Program-made: the position numbers and the translations under genes
Shown here: positions 8,966 to 19,129 of the stretch, piece after piece
How positions within the stretch are numbered: the stretch's first letter is position 1
Layout of the letters: each line of letters opens with the position of its first letter
Source: Candidatus Staskawiczbacteria bacterium
Lineage (GTDB): Bacteria; Patescibacteriota; Minisyncoccia; Minisyncoccales; Staskawiczbacteraceae
Length of the DNA stretch: 64,000 bases
Reading direction: 5' to 3'
NCBI GenBank assembly: GCA_903928565.1
Contig: CAIYRH010000015.1
Location: 11,569 to 75,568 of the forward strand
The notes under the pieces: model-generated
What the model was told of the DNA's origin: nothing
Databases searched by the model: none
The model's input: the letters and a program-made list of their open reading frames with translations, nothing else

Positions 8966-10501
8966 ATGAAAATACCAAAATTTTTAAAACGAAAAAGAAA
9001 TCTCTGGATTATCGCAATTTTAGTGGTTGTAATTATAATTGGATTTTTTATTTTTAGTCCTAAAAATAAAAACGCCTCTATGCAAATCGGTTTTGCCACA
9101 AAACAAAATTTGCAAGAAACAGTTTTGTCTACCGGGCAGGTTTTAAGCTCTACAGACCTTGGTTTAAGTTTTCAGGGCAGTGGAGTTGTGCGAAATATTT
9201 ATGTAAAAGAAGGAGACACTGTAAAACAGGGGAAAGTTTTGGCTTCGCTTGATGCCGCTTCAGCCTATGCTACTTTAACATCTGCTCGGGGTTCTTTGGC
9301 TCAGGCACGGGCAAATTACGACAAGCTTTTGGCAGGTGCTTCTCAGCCAAGTTTACAAGTTGCCCAAGACACTGTTAATTCGGCGCAACAAGATGTAACC
9401 AACGCCTACAACGGAGCAATAAATACTTTAAATACTGGTTACACAGCAATTTATAATTCCGACTTTTTGGCTCTATCGGTGCAAGATGCTTATTTCCCAA
9501 CATCTGATAGAGTTGGTCTTGAAGTTAGAAACGCTAAAATTGAACTAGACGGCATTGTGCCAAACATAAAAAATTCATTAGATGCGGTTAAGGCAAATAT
9601 TACAAATCAAGGTGTTGATTCGCTGATATCTCATGAAATTATAGCCCTAAATACTACATATAACGATGTTAATGTCATTCGAGTGCAATGTGACGCAGAC
9701 ACATATAAAGATAGAATTCCCGATTCACAAAGAACGCTTTTAGACGCGCAAAAAACATCAATAAGTTCGGCGTTATTAGGAGTTACGTCGTTGCAACAAA
9801 ATTTAGCGTCTTTAAAATTGGCTTTACAACGGGCGCAAGACCAATTAAGTGTGACAACAGCTCCTCCAACTCAGGCCGACTTAAATTTGGCTCAGGGGCA
9901 GGTGCTTTCGGCACAAGGGCAGGTTGATGCTGCACAAGCGGTTTTAAATAATGCTATTATTATAGCTCCCGCAAACGGAACAATTACACAAGTTGACATT
10001 AAAGTTGGTGAATTGGCTACACCTTCTAAAGAAGCAATTATTCTGCAAAATGTTGGTAGCTTGCATGCAGAAGCCGACGTTAGTGAAGCCAACATTGCAA
10101 CTTTGCAAGTTGGTCAGCCGATAGATTACACCTTTGATGCGCTTGGGCCAGACCAACATTTTACCGGTAAAGTGTTAACTATAAACCCAGCTTCTACAGT
10201 AATTTCGGGAGTAGTTGATTATTTGGTGAAAGGAAGTTTAGACAACATTCCAAACTTAAAACCGGGCATGACAGCAAACATGACAATTTTGGTGGCGCAA
10301 AAAAATGATGTGTTGGCGGTGCCATCTACAGCAGTAATAAATAAGAATAATAAACAATATGTGCGCGTAATTGATAATGCCAAAAGTAAAACTTACCACG
10401 AAGTTCAAGTGCAAACCGGTTTGCAGGCTGACGGGGGATTAGTTGAAATTACTTCGGGGCTAAGCAACGGGCAAGAAATTATTATTTACATGAAGTCTTA
10501 A
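8966..10501 (+). CDS. Efflux membrane-fusion/periplasmic adaptor protein (MacA/HlyD-like)
   Basis: N-terminal TM, lipoyl halves (VKEGDTV, APANGTI), long coiled coil, LKPGMTA. Confidence 0.9.
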   Translation: MKIPKFLKRKRNLWIIAILVVVIIIGFFIFSPKNKNASMQIGFATKQNLQETVLSTGQVLSSTDLGLSFQGSGVVRNIYVKEGDTVKQGKVLASLDAASAYATLTSARGSLAQARANYDKLLAGASQPSLQVAQDTVNSAQQDVTNAYNGAINTLNTGYTAIYNSDFLALSVQDAYFPTSDRVGLEVRNAKIELDGIVPNIKNSLDAVKANITNQGVDSLISHEIIALNTTYNDVNVIRVQCDADTYKDRIPDSQRTLLDAQKTSISSALLGVTSLQQNLASLKLALQRAQDQLSVTTAPPTQADLNLAQGQVLSAQGQVDAAQAVLNNAIIIAPANGTITQVDIKVGELATPSKEAIILQNVGSLHAEADVSEANIATLQVGQPIDYTFDALGPDQHFTGKVLTINPASTVISGVVDYLVKGSLDNIPNLKPGMTANMTILVAQKNDVLAVPSTAVINKNNKQYVRVIDNAKSKTYHEVQVQTGLQADGGLVEITSGLSNGQEIIIYMKS

Positions 10502-10502
10502 A

Positions 10503-11219
10503 ATGACATTAATTGAAGTAGAAAATTTAAAAAAAGATTATGTAAATGACGAAGTTGTCACGCGCGTTTTGCACGATGTCAGTTTTAAAATAAACGAAGG
10601 CGAGTTTGTGGCAATTATGGGGCCATCGGGTTCGGGCAAATCTACATTAATGCACATTTTAAGTTTTTTAGACAGGTCAACTTCGGGTGTTTATAAATTT
10701 GAAGGCAAAGATACTAAAAATTTTGATGATGATTATTTAGCAAAACTAAGAAACGAAAGAGTGGGTTTTGTTTTTCAATCTTTCAATTTATTAGCGCGTA
10801 CAACCGTTTTAGATAATGTGCGCCTACCCCTGGTTTACAGTAAAATAAAAGATACAGATGAGTTGGCAGAAAAAGCGTTGGCTTCTGTGGGGTTATCGCA
10901 CAGGTTAAATTATCTTACAAACCAAATTTCTGGCGGAGAAAAACAACGCGTGGCAATTGCCAGGGCATTGGTAAATAACCCAGCGGTAATTTTTGCAGAC
11001 GAGCCAACAGGAAATCTCGATTCAAAATCTGGAAACACGGTAATGTTTATTTTGCAAAAATTGAATAACGCAGGCCACACAATCATTTTAGTTACTCATG
11101 AAACTGACACCGCCAACCATGCTAAAAGAATTATTAGAATTAAAGACGGCAATATTATTTCCGACGAGAAAGTTGCAAAGCGTACCGTTGCCAGTGCCGA
11201 AAAAGATTTGGTAAAATAA
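10503..11219 (+). CDS. ABC transporter ATP-binding protein (MacB/LolD-like)
   Basis: [34 protein letters not shown]. Confidence 0.95.
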   Translation: MTLIEVENLKKDYVNDEVVTRVLHDVSFKINEGEFVAIMGPSGSGKSTLMHILSFLDRSTSGVYKFEGKDTKNFDDDYLAKLRNERVGFVFQSFNLLARTTVLDNVRLPLVYSKIKDTDELAEKALASVGLSHRLNYLTNQISGGEKQRVAIARALVNNPAVIFADEPTGNLDSKSGNTVMFILQKLNNAGHTIILVTHETDTANHAKRIIRIKDGNIISDEKVAKRTVASAEKDLVK

Positions 11220-11221
11220 TT

Positions 11222-12493
11222 ATGGATTTTATTGGAACAATAAAATTAGTTTTTAGAACTCTGCTTGCCAGAAAAGGCAGGTCTTTTTTGACTATTTTGG
11301 GCATTGTAATTGGTGTGGCGGGCGTTATAATAATTATTTCTTTGGGAGCTGGAGCACAAAGTTTAATTTTGGGGCAAATAACAAAGTTGGGGTCTAATTT
11401 ATTGTCTGTGCAGCCCGGTAAAAGTAATGAAAAAGGGCCACCAGCACAGGTTTTTGGCGTGACTATTACCAGTTTAGTTAATGAAGACGCCAATGCCTTA
11501 AGAAATAAATCGCAGGTTCCACACATTCAAGCGTTAACGGGGTTGGTAATGGGGTCTGTTTCTGTAACCTGGCAAAACAAAACCGTAGACACCAATTTTA
11601 TGGGCACAGATTACAATTTCCCAGACGTTTTAAATACTTCAATAAGATTGGGGCAATTTTTTGATCAACAGCAAGGTGATGGTGGTGCCAATGTGGTTGT
11701 GTTAGGCGATACAGTTGCTTCAGAAATTTTTGATAACACCGGAGTAAATCCGGTTGGGCAAGTTGTAAAAATTAGAAGTTCGGCACAAACTCAGGCTGGT
11801 GGAATTCCTTTGCGCGTAATTGGAGTTATGGCAAAAAAGGGGAGTGCCATTTTTTTAGATTTTGACGACCAAGTTTATTTGCCTCTGGCAATTGGCCAGC
11901 AGCAAATTTTGGGAATTCATTATTTGCGTGCAATAGACATTAAAGTAGATTCTTCAAATAATATAGACCAAACAATTGCCGACGTTAAAAATGTTTTAAA
12001 CCAACAACATCACATTAGGAGCGATGATAATGCCGATTACACGGTTAGAAATATTGCTGACGCCATTAGTATTTTAAGCACAATAACAAACGCCTTAAGA
12101 TTATTTTTAACTGCCATGGCGGCTCTGGCATTAATTGTGGGGGGAATTGGAATTCTAAATATTATGTTGGCAACTGTTGCCGAACGCACGCGAGAAATTG
12201 GTTTGCGAAAAGCCGTTGGAGCAACAAATGGTGCCATTATGCGACAATTTTTAACAGAAGCCGGTGTGCTGACTTTTTTGGGTGGAATAATTGGTATAAT
12301 TATTGGCACCGTTGTTTCATTTTTGGCTTCGTTAGTTATGAAAAGCCTTGGATATGATTGGGCGTTTGTAATTTCCATAACTTCTGTGTTGTTGGCAATT
12401 GGAGTTTCAATTTTAACGGGTGTTATTTTTGGTTTGTACCCCGCGTTAAAGGCGTCAAAATTAAACCCAATAGATGCGTTACGTTATGAATAA
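11222..12493 (+). CDS. ABC transporter permease (MacB/FtsX family)
   Basis: RSFLTILGIVIG, GGIGILNIML, ERTREIGLRKAVGA, PIDALRYE. Confidence 0.93.
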   Translation: MDFIGTIKLVFRTLLARKGRSFLTILGIVIGVAGVIIIISLGAGAQSLILGQITKLGSNLLSVQPGKSNEKGPPAQVFGVTITSLVNEDANALRNKSQVPHIQALTGLVMGSVSVTWQNKTVDTNFMGTDYNFPDVLNTSIRLGQFFDQQQGDGGANVVVLGDTVASEIFDNTGVNPVGQVVKIRSSAQTQAGGIPLRVIGVMAKKGSAIFLDFDDQVYLPLAIGQQQILGIHYLRAIDIKVDSSNNIDQTIADVKNVLNQQHHIRSDDNADYTVRNIADAISILSTITNALRLFLTAMAALALIVGGIGILNIMLATVAERTREIGLRKAVGATNGAIMRQFLTEAGVLTFLGGIIGIIIGTVVSFLASLVMKSLGYDWAFVISITSVLLAIGVSILTGVIFGLYPALKASKLNPIDALRYE

Positions 12494-13748
12494 TAAAGCT
12501 TTGTCACAATCTATTAAAGCGTTGAGTGCGAATCCGGTGCGCACGGTTTTAACAACGCTGGGAATTGTAATTGGCATTGCAACAGTCATAACTGTTTTAT
12601 CGGCGGGAGCCGGTTTTAGAAGTTTAATAAATTCCGAACTTGCCGCTTGGGGCACCGATACAATGTTTATTGAAACGCGTGTTCCACCAACAACAAAAAA
12701 TTTGGCAAACAGCAATGCTTCTTCGGCTAATTTTGGAAATGCAACATCTAGTGTACAAATTTCATCTTTTAAATTGTCCGACTTAGAAATAATTAAAAAA
12801 TTAAATAACGTTGCTGGTGCATACGGCATGGCAACCGGGCTTTCGGTTGTAAATTACCGCGATAATACTAAAAGCGCCATTTACTATGGCGTGGGAGCGG
12901 ATATGTTTTCAATTGATAAACATACATTAAAAAGCGGAAGATTTTTCACACAAGCCGAAGACACAGGAGCGGTTCAGGTGGCAATTTTGGGAAGCAATTT
13001 GGCAAAGGATTTATTTGTGCAAGACGACCCTTTGGGAAAATTAATTAGAATTGGCAATTTAAATTTTCAGGTAATTGGAGTTTATAATCCACAGGGTTCT
13101 TTGTCTTCGGGTGGTGCCGACGACGGTTTGTACATGCCCTTAGCCACAGCACAGAAAAAAATGCTTGGAATTAATTATATAACAATAGGTGTGGTGCAGT
13201 TAAAAGATGTTGATTTAGGCGACGCTACGGCAGAATTAATTAGTGAGACCATGCGAAGGCTTCACAACATTACAAACCCTGCCAAAGACGATTTTACGGT
13301 TACCACTCAGGCGCAGGCCTTAGATACTTTTAATACAATTTTCAATGGAATAACAATTTTGCTAATTGCCATTGCTTCAATTTCTTTGGTTGTGGGTGGA
13401 GTGGGCATTATGAACATTATGTATGTTGTTGTAACAGAAAGAACTGCTGAAATTGGTTTAAAAAAGGCGGTTGGCGCCACTAATGCCGACATTTTAAAAG
13501 AATTTTTAATTGAATCAATTTTGGTTACGGTGTTGGGTGGAATTTTGGGAATTTTGTTGGGGGCGGTTTTGAGTTGGTTTGTTGCCATTATTGCCACTGC
13601 TAACGGTTTAACGTGGGCTTTCACGGTGCCCTTATATGCCATAATTATTGCTGTTGGTGTTTCCGCAGGAATTGGAATTTCATTTGGAGTTTTGCCCGCA
13701 CGCTCGGCGGCAAAGTTAGACCCCATTGAGGCATTGCGTTACGAATAG
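12486..13748 (+). CDS. ABC transporter permease (MacB/FtsX family), second paralogue
   Basis: Same motifs as upstream permease; ATG 12486 overlaps the previous stop. Confidence 0.92.
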   Translation: MNNKALSQSIKALSANPVRTVLTTLGIVIGIATVITVLSAGAGFRSLINSELAAWGTDTMFIETRVPPTTKNLANSNASSANFGNATSSVQISSFKLSDLEIIKKLNNVAGAYGMATGLSVVNYRDNTKSAIYYGVGADMFSIDKHTLKSGRFFTQAEDTGAVQVAILGSNLAKDLFVQDDPLGKLIRIGNLNFQVIGVYNPQGSLSSGGADDGLYMPLATAQKKMLGINYITIGVVQLKDVDLGDATAELISETMRRLHNITNPAKDDFTVTTQAQALDTFNTIFNGITILLIAIASISLVVGGVGIMNIMYVVVTERTAEIGLKKAVGATNADILKEFLIESILVTVLGGILGILLGAVLSWFVAIIATANGLTWAFTVPLYAIIIAVGVSAGIGISFGVLPARSAAKLDPIEALRYE

Positions 13749-13792
13749 ATGGTGTGGTAAAATTAATTAATATAAAATTAAAATAAAAAATT

Positions 13793-14419
13793 ATGAAACT
13801 AAATAAGTCTTTGGGCCAAGCGTCAAAACTGCTCTTAGTTTTGGCAATAGTTGTTTTAGTTGCTGTAATTATTACATTTTTAATATTAAAAATGACAGAA
13901 AAACCACCAGCCCCAGTTGTGCCAAAGGCTCCGGTTGTTGAGTTGCCGGTATACGATAAATCTTTAGGCAATATTGAATTTGTGTACATTTCGGCCATCG
14001 ATAAAGGAGACACTTTATATGCCGCCGATGCCGTAAATGGGCAATATGGTTCACTAAAAGATTTTGTTATAGACAACCCAGGTGCAAAGTTTATTCAAGT
14101 AACAATTGGTGCAAAAAATATTGGAACAATGGATACCGTTCAAAATGCATGGAATATAGAAAATATTGTAGACTCAAAAGGCAGAAATTTTATTCCTGTA
14201 CAACAGTATAGCGTGGGCTCTTGGCTTCCAACTCATAGTCTGTGTGCATCAATTTTAAAACCAGCTTTTGACCCAACTCCTTGTACAAAAATATATGAAG
14301 TTTCTAAGGAATCAACTGGCTTAAAAATTAGAGTTGAAACCGGCAAGAACAACAGTACAGTGCAAAGTTCGGCTTCGGGTAAAAACGATACATTTTTGTT
14401 AGACTTAATAGTTAAATAA
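13793..14419 (+). CDS. Membrane-anchored hypothetical protein (DUF4352-like beta-sandwich)
   Basis: N-terminal TM; KFIQVTIGAKNIG, IVDSKGRNF, KIYEV pattern. Confidence 0.55.
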   Translation: MKLNKSLGQASKLLLVLAIVVLVAVIITFLILKMTEKPPAPVVPKAPVVELPVYDKSLGNIEFVYISAIDKGDTLYAADAVNGQYGSLKDFVIDNPGAKFIQVTIGAKNIGTMDTVQNAWNIENIVDSKGRNFIPVQQYSVGSWLPTHSLCASILKPAFDPTPCTKIYEVSKESTGLKIRVETGKNNSTVQSSASGKNDTFLLDLIVK

Positions 14420-14422
14420 ATT

Positions 14423-14821
14423 ATGGTAGACCAAGATAATAAAGATAAAATAGAATCTCCAGAAAAACCAGCTGTTGAGCAGGGTACACCCGAGCACATT
14501 AAAGCAGAAGTTGAAAAAGTTCCAGATAAAAAAGAGGTTTTACACGACGACCCTCAGGTTTTAGCTGAATTAAGAAGAGAAATGGACTTAATGTTGTTAG
14601 AACCTGGAAATGAAAAAGCCGTAGAAGTAGAAAAAGAAAAACTTGATTATTTGGGAGAAAAAGAAAAAATAGAACATCTTTTGCAATTGGCAAAAGAAAA
14701 AGATTTGGTTTATGCGGTGCATGTTGCAAAAAGCATGGGCGAACCTTTTATTCTAGATTTGTTGCACGATACATTGGCCAAAGACGGCTATTATAAGGGA
14801 TATTTAAAGAATAGAAAATAA
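14423..14821 (+). CDS. Hypothetical protein upstream of VirD4-like ATPase
   Basis: Acidic N-terminus, C-terminal PFILDLLHDTLA motif; tightly linked in operon. Confidence 0.65.
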   Translation: MVDQDNKDKIESPEKPAVEQGTPEHIKAEVEKVPDKKEVLHDDPQVLAELRREMDLMLLEPGNEKAVEVEKEKLDYLGEKEKIEHLLQLAKEKDLVYAVHVAKSMGEPFILDLLHDTLAKDGYYKGYLKNRK

Positions 14822-14836
14822 GAGGTTAAATTACTA

Positions 14837-17308
14837 ATGTCTATAATTATACCGGGATTAATTTTAGTTTTTTTATTGATTGTTTTGGCATTTATAATTG
14901 CTTTAAAATCCGAAAGCAATCAAAGAGACTCGGTTTTTGGTGGCCTTGAAATGGTTTTGTTTTTGGTTATGATGCCCCAACACACTCCGCAGAAAGAAGG
15001 GGAAATTAAAAAAGAAGAGAAGAATTTAATTTCGCAAATGGAACAAGTTTTTGCTAATTTTCTTTATTTAAAGAAAACAAAAATGTTCCAAACGCCACCT
15101 TGTTGCTCTTTTGAAATTGCCTCGCAAATTGGAGGTTCAGACATTTCATTTTATGTTTCTGTGCCAAAATATTTAGAATCTGTTTTTGAAAAATATGTGC
15201 AAGGCGTTTACCCAAATGCTGTAATTGATAAAGTCCCGCAAGATTACACTATTTTTGAACCTCAGGGAGCCACTGCCGCAGCATATTTGCAAATTGCGGA
15301 AAGTTCGCTTTTTCCAATTAGCACCTACCAACTTTTAGAAACAGATCCATTGGCATTAGTAACAAATAATTTAAGCAAAATTGCTGTAAATGAAGGTGGG
15401 GCAGTTCAGGTAATTATAAGGCCGTTATCTAGAATGAATTTAAGAAAAAAAGGGGAAAAGGCGTTAAAGAAAATAAGAGAAGGAAAGGCGGTTAGAGATG
15501 CTGCCATTTATGCATTTCAAGGCCCAATTACGGAGGCAATTGAAGACGCAGTTAATACTTTATTTGGTAAAAGTTTAAAGAAAAAGGAGGAAGAAGCCGG
15601 CTTACGAGAAAGAGAACAAACTTTCGACCAAAAAGGCTACGACGCCATTCAAAGTAAAATTCAAAAACAACCGTTTGAAACAGACATTAGGGTTGTGGCT
15701 TATGCACAATCGGAGGGGCGCGCCGAAGATATTTTAAACCATTTAACTTCTGCCTTTAGCCAATTTTCAATGTCTGCAATAAACAGTTTAGATGTTAAAA
15801 AAGTTTATGGCAGGGAATTGCAAAAATTAATTTACGACTATTCTTTTAGACAATTTAATAGAAAACAATCTAGCATTTTAAATTTAGAAGAATTGGCAAG
15901 CGTTTACCATTTCCCAACGCAGTATATTGAAACACCCTACATTAAATCCACAAAATCTACAACCTATGCTCCGCCTACAAATTTGCCAAACAAAGGCGAG
16001 CTTTGCGTTGGAAAAGTTTTGTTTAGAAACGAAGACAATAGCGTTTATTTTGCAGAAAAAGCAGACAGAAGAAGGCATTTTTATATTATAGGACAAACCG
16101 GCGTTGGAAAATCTGGTTTTATGGAAGGCATGATTGCTCAAGACATGGCTAATGGCGAAGGAATTGCCGTTATTGACCCGCACGGCGAACTAGTTGACCA
16201 CGTTTTAGCAATGGTGCCTAAAAATAGAATAGATGACGTTGTTATTTTCGAGCCGTTTGATATTGAAAGGCCATGCGGTTTGAATATGTTAGAATATGAT
16301 TCTCCCGAACAAAAAGATTTTGCTGTACAAGAAATGATTGCAATTTTTATGAAATTATTTCCACCAGAAATTATTGGCCCAATGTTTGAACACTACATGA
16401 GAAATGCAATGTTGGCTTTAATGGCAGACAAAGACAATCCTGGCACGCTTGTTGAAATTCCAAAAATGTTTACAGACCCATCGTTTTTGGCACAACGCTT
16501 GGCAAAGGTTTCTGACCCCGTTGTAAGGTCTTTTTGGACAAAAGAATGGGCACAAACAACCGGTTCTACAAGGTCTGACATGTTGGGTTATGTTGTTTCA
16601 AAACTTGGCCGATTTATTGAGAATGAAATGATGAGAAATATAATAGGGCAGTCGCACTCTGGGTTTGATTTGGCGGAAGTTATGGACGGTAAGAAAATAT
16701 TTTTAGCCAATTTGTCTAAGGGTTTAACCGGCGAGGTAAATAGCTCTTTGTTGGGTTTAATTTTGGTTTCAAAAATTCAAATGGCTGCTATGAAGCGCGC
16801 AAGAGTTGAAGAAGAAAAACGAACAGATTTTTATTTATACATTGACGAATTCCAAAACTTTACTACAGATTCCATTGCCACAATTTTGTCTGAAGCCAGA
16901 AAATATAAATTAAATCTAATTATGGCGCACCAGTATATGCCACAATTAAAACAAGAAATTAGAGATGCCGTTTTAGGAAACGTTGGAACAATTGGTGCAT
17001 TTAGAATTGGTGCCGAAGATGCAGAAAATTTGGAAAAACAATTTGAACCCGGTTTTTCAAGGTTTGATTTGGTGAACTTAGACAACTTTACAATGATAAT
17101 TAAAATGATGATAAATAATAAAATTTCTACACCATTTAAGATGAATACTTTGCCCCCGCCAAAAGGAAAAAAAGAAATTATAGACCCAATTAAAAAAATA
17201 TCTAAATTAAAATATTCGCGAGCGCGAGCAATTGTTGAAGAAGAAATTTCCAAAAGATCGTTCGTTGATTTGCCCCCAATTGCTCCACCACCCGTCCCAA
17301 CCCGTTAA
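14837..17308 (+). CDS. TraG/VirD4/HerA-like (DUF87) membrane-anchored ATPase
   Basis: RRRHFYIIGQTGVGKS Walker A, IDPHG, YIDEFQN Walker B, SEARKY, AHQY. Confidence 0.9.
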   Translation: MSIIIPGLILVFLLIVLAFIIALKSESNQRDSVFGGLEMVLFLVMMPQHTPQKEGEIKKEEKNLISQMEQVFANFLYLKKTKMFQTPPCCSFEIASQIGGSDISFYVSVPKYLESVFEKYVQGVYPNAVIDKVPQDYTIFEPQGATAAAYLQIAESSLFPISTYQLLETDPLALVTNNLSKIAVNEGGAVQVIIRPLSRMNLRKKGEKALKKIREGKAVRDAAIYAFQGPITEAIEDAVNTLFGKSLKKKEEEAGLREREQTFDQKGYDAIQSKIQKQPFETDIRVVAYAQSEGRAEDILNHLTSAFSQFSMSAINSLDVKKVYGRELQKLIYDYSFRQFNRKQSSILNLEELASVYHFPTQYIETPYIKSTKSTTYAPPTNLPNKGELCVGKVLFRNEDNSVYFAEKADRRRHFYIIGQTGVGKSGFMEGMIAQDMANGEGIAVIDPHGELVDHVLAMVPKNRIDDVVIFEPFDIERPCGLNMLEYDSPEQKDFAVQEMIAIFMKLFPPEIIGPMFEHYMRNAMLALMADKDNPGTLVEIPKMFTDPSFLAQRLAKVSDPVVRSFWTKEWAQTTGSTRSDMLGYVVSKLGRFIENEMMRNIIGQSHSGFDLAEVMDGKKIFLANLSKGLTGEVNSSLLGLILVSKIQMAAMKRARVEEEKRTDFYLYIDEFQNFTTDSIATILSEARKYKLNLIMAHQYMPQLKQEIRDAVLGNVGTIGAFRIGAEDAENLEKQFEPGFSRFDLVNLDNFTMIIKMMINNKISTPFKMNTLPPPKGKKEIIDPIKKISKLKYSRARAIVEEEISKRSFVDLPPIAPPPVPTR

Positions 17309-17317
17309 AAAGTTTAC

Positions 17318-17349
17318 AAAAAAAGCTCCGACAAAAGTCGGAGCTTTTT
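17318..17349. terminator. Bidirectional terminator
   Basis: A run-GCTCCGAC-aaaa-GTCGGAGC-T run between convergent genes. Confidence 0.85.
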
Positions 17350-17353
17350 ATTT

Positions 17354-17914
17354 TTATGCGCGTTTTACGTAGGTGCCGGTTTCGGTGTTAACTTCAATAA
17401 TTTCGCCTTCTTCTATAAATAGTGGAACCTGAATAACCGCCCCCGATTCCAAAATTGCTTCTTTTGTTCCTCCTTGAGCGCGGTCACCTTTAACTCCCGG
17501 TGCAGATTCTTTAACTTTTAATTGCACCTTAATGGGTAATTTAAAAGTAATTATTTTTCCTTCAAATAAAATTCCCAATACAGCTTCGTTTGGTTTTAAA
17601 TATTTTGCTTGCGCGCCAATTTGGTCTTCTGTAAAGGAAAATCTTTTTGAAGGGTCGTTTATTTCGCAGAAAAAATATTGACCTTTTGTTTGGTACAAAA
17701 ATTTAATATCCTTTTTTTCTAAATCGGCTTCGTTAAAAACATCACCTTGTTGGAAGCTTTGCTCTTGAACCCTACCATCAACCAAATTTCTAATCTTGGT
17801 TCTTATAACAGGCCTGCGTTGAGCCATTTTCATTGAATTGGCATCTAAAACTTCCCACGGTTGGCCTTCATAAATAAATTGTACTCCTGGTTTTAAGTCT
17901 GTGTGTGTCAGCAT
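17354..17914 (-). CDS. efp: Elongation factor P
   Basis: PGVKGD, KEAILESGAVIQVPLFIEEGE, VNTETGTYVKRA; start at MLTHTDLK. Confidence 0.95.
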   Translation of the reverse strand: MLTHTDLKPGVQFIYEGQPWEVLDANSMKMAQRRPVIRTKIRNLVDGRVQEQSFQQGDVFNEADLEKKDIKFLYQTKGQYFFCEINDPSKRFSFTEDQIGAQAKYLKPNEAVLGILFEGKIITFKLPIKVQLKVKESAPGVKGDRAQGGTKEAILESGAVIQVPLFIEEGEIIEVNTETGTYVKRA

Positions 17915-18010
17915 TTGATATTTCGCTCGCCAAATCAAATTTTTGCTCGTAGGGGGAATGTCCCCAAGGCGATTGCCCCTCCTCCAAAAATTTATTTGGC
18001 TCGCTCTAAA
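17915..18010. repeat. About 95-bp intergenic inverted-repeat element
   Basis: GCCAAAT(C)AAATTTTTG ... CAAAAATTTATTTGGC arms around a GC-rich core. Confidence 0.6.
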
Positions 18011-18014
18011 TTAA

Positions 18015-18725
18015 TTATTCAATTATACGCCATTCTACGTCTTCTTTTTTACCAACATACTCAAGCCATTCGCCGTCTTTTATAACAAACCATTTCTTTT
18101 TCGTTTCCGAAAAAATCATTGGATCGCCCTTATAAAATGGTTTTTTAACAATTTCTTTTGGCTTTAAGCGGTCTAATTCAAGCCACTTTTTAAACACTGT
18201 TTCAATGGCATAATCTAGTTTTCTTGTTTTTGCCCATTGCGAAACTGTAGTTATGGCTTGCTTGGCTTTTTCAACAGAACCGGCTAACTCCATTAATTGT
18301 TTGGCGGGTTTGGTAAACCTAGAATAGATTATCTTTTTCTTTTTAGCATTATTTTTCAATTCTTGCAACCCTACGCCTTTCGTTTCAAAGTAGTGGGCAA
18401 TTATGTTTTGAATGGCGGTTTCTTCCTTTAATTCTTCAAAATCCTTAATTTTTTGTTTTTTTATGTATTCTTCAATTTTTTTGGCATTTTTTTCGCCAAT
18501 TCCCAAATCCATTATAGCTTTGAGGCCCTTTCCTCGGCTCGCCGAAGCCTTGGCGGAGGCGGCTTCTTTATAAACCTCGGCAACATCAACTTGCATTGCA
18601 TCTAAAATGCCAATGGCTTTTTTGTAGGCTTTTATTTTGAAATTTAAAGCTTTGTCACCCTTAATTTCAAGAAGCTTTATAATTTCGCCAAATATTTGAG
18701 ATATTTCTTGGTTTGCCATTACCAT
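18015..18725 (-). CDS. PolX N-terminal (8-kDa/HHH) domain fused to an uncharacterised domain
   Basis: NQEISQIFGEI...FKIKAYKKA...GIGEKNAKKIEEYI resembles the PolX/Pol beta N-terminus; no polymerase core follows. Confidence 0.65.
   Translation of the reverse strand: MVMANQEISQIFGEIIKLLEIKGDKALNFKIKAYKKAIGILDAMQVDVAEVYKEAASAKASASRGKGLKAIMDLGIGEKNAKKIEEYIKKQKIKDFEELKEETAIQNIIAHYFETKGVGLQELKNNAKKKKIIYSRFTKPAKQLMELAGSVEKAKQAITTVSQWAKTRKLDYAIETVFKKWLELDRLKPKEIVKKPFYKGDPMIFSETKKKWFVIKDGEWLEYVGKKEDVEWRIIE
18532..18563 (-). repeat. Family A palindromic element in-frame in 18015-18725
   Basis: GCCGCCTCCGCCAAGGCTTCGGCGAGCCGAGG on - strand; encodes AASAKASASRG. Confidence 0.8.
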
Positions 18726-18853
18726 ATTTTACCATAGGCAGGCTCAGTGGGGAACTCTTGACTAACTGATAAAATATGATATAAAAGATACGCAGAAGGA
18801 AATTCGTTTTTCTGCCGCCCAGTGGGCGCATGCAACTTGAAAAACTATCTTGT

Positions 18854-19081
18854 ATGAAATACTCATTACTGTTGTTTACTACACTGACAAGTCAATATTC
18901 TTTACCAATAGCATCTCTACTCGCGCTGACATGGACGCCGGGGGTACTTGTATTCTTTATGTCTCTTTTCGCTCCCGTAGAGAGAAAGAAGTTGGTGTTG
19001 ACGGTATCGGGCATCATCGTCTTGATCGATACTATAATTTTTCTGATTGGTCCGCAGTTGGATATTTTAAAGCCCGGTTAA
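18854..19081 (+). CDS. Small hypothetical membrane protein
   Basis: ATG after a promoter/leader; two hydrophobic stretches; overlapping alternative frame 18850-19113 not excluded. Confidence 0.4.
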   Translation: MKYSLLLFTTLTSQYSLPIASLLALTWTPGVLVFFMSLFAPVERKKLVLTVSGIIVLIDTIIFLIGPQLDILKPG

Positions 19082-19129
19082 AAAGTAAATGCAATACGCA
19101 ATTGGAAGTATAAACTACAGGAGACTGAA

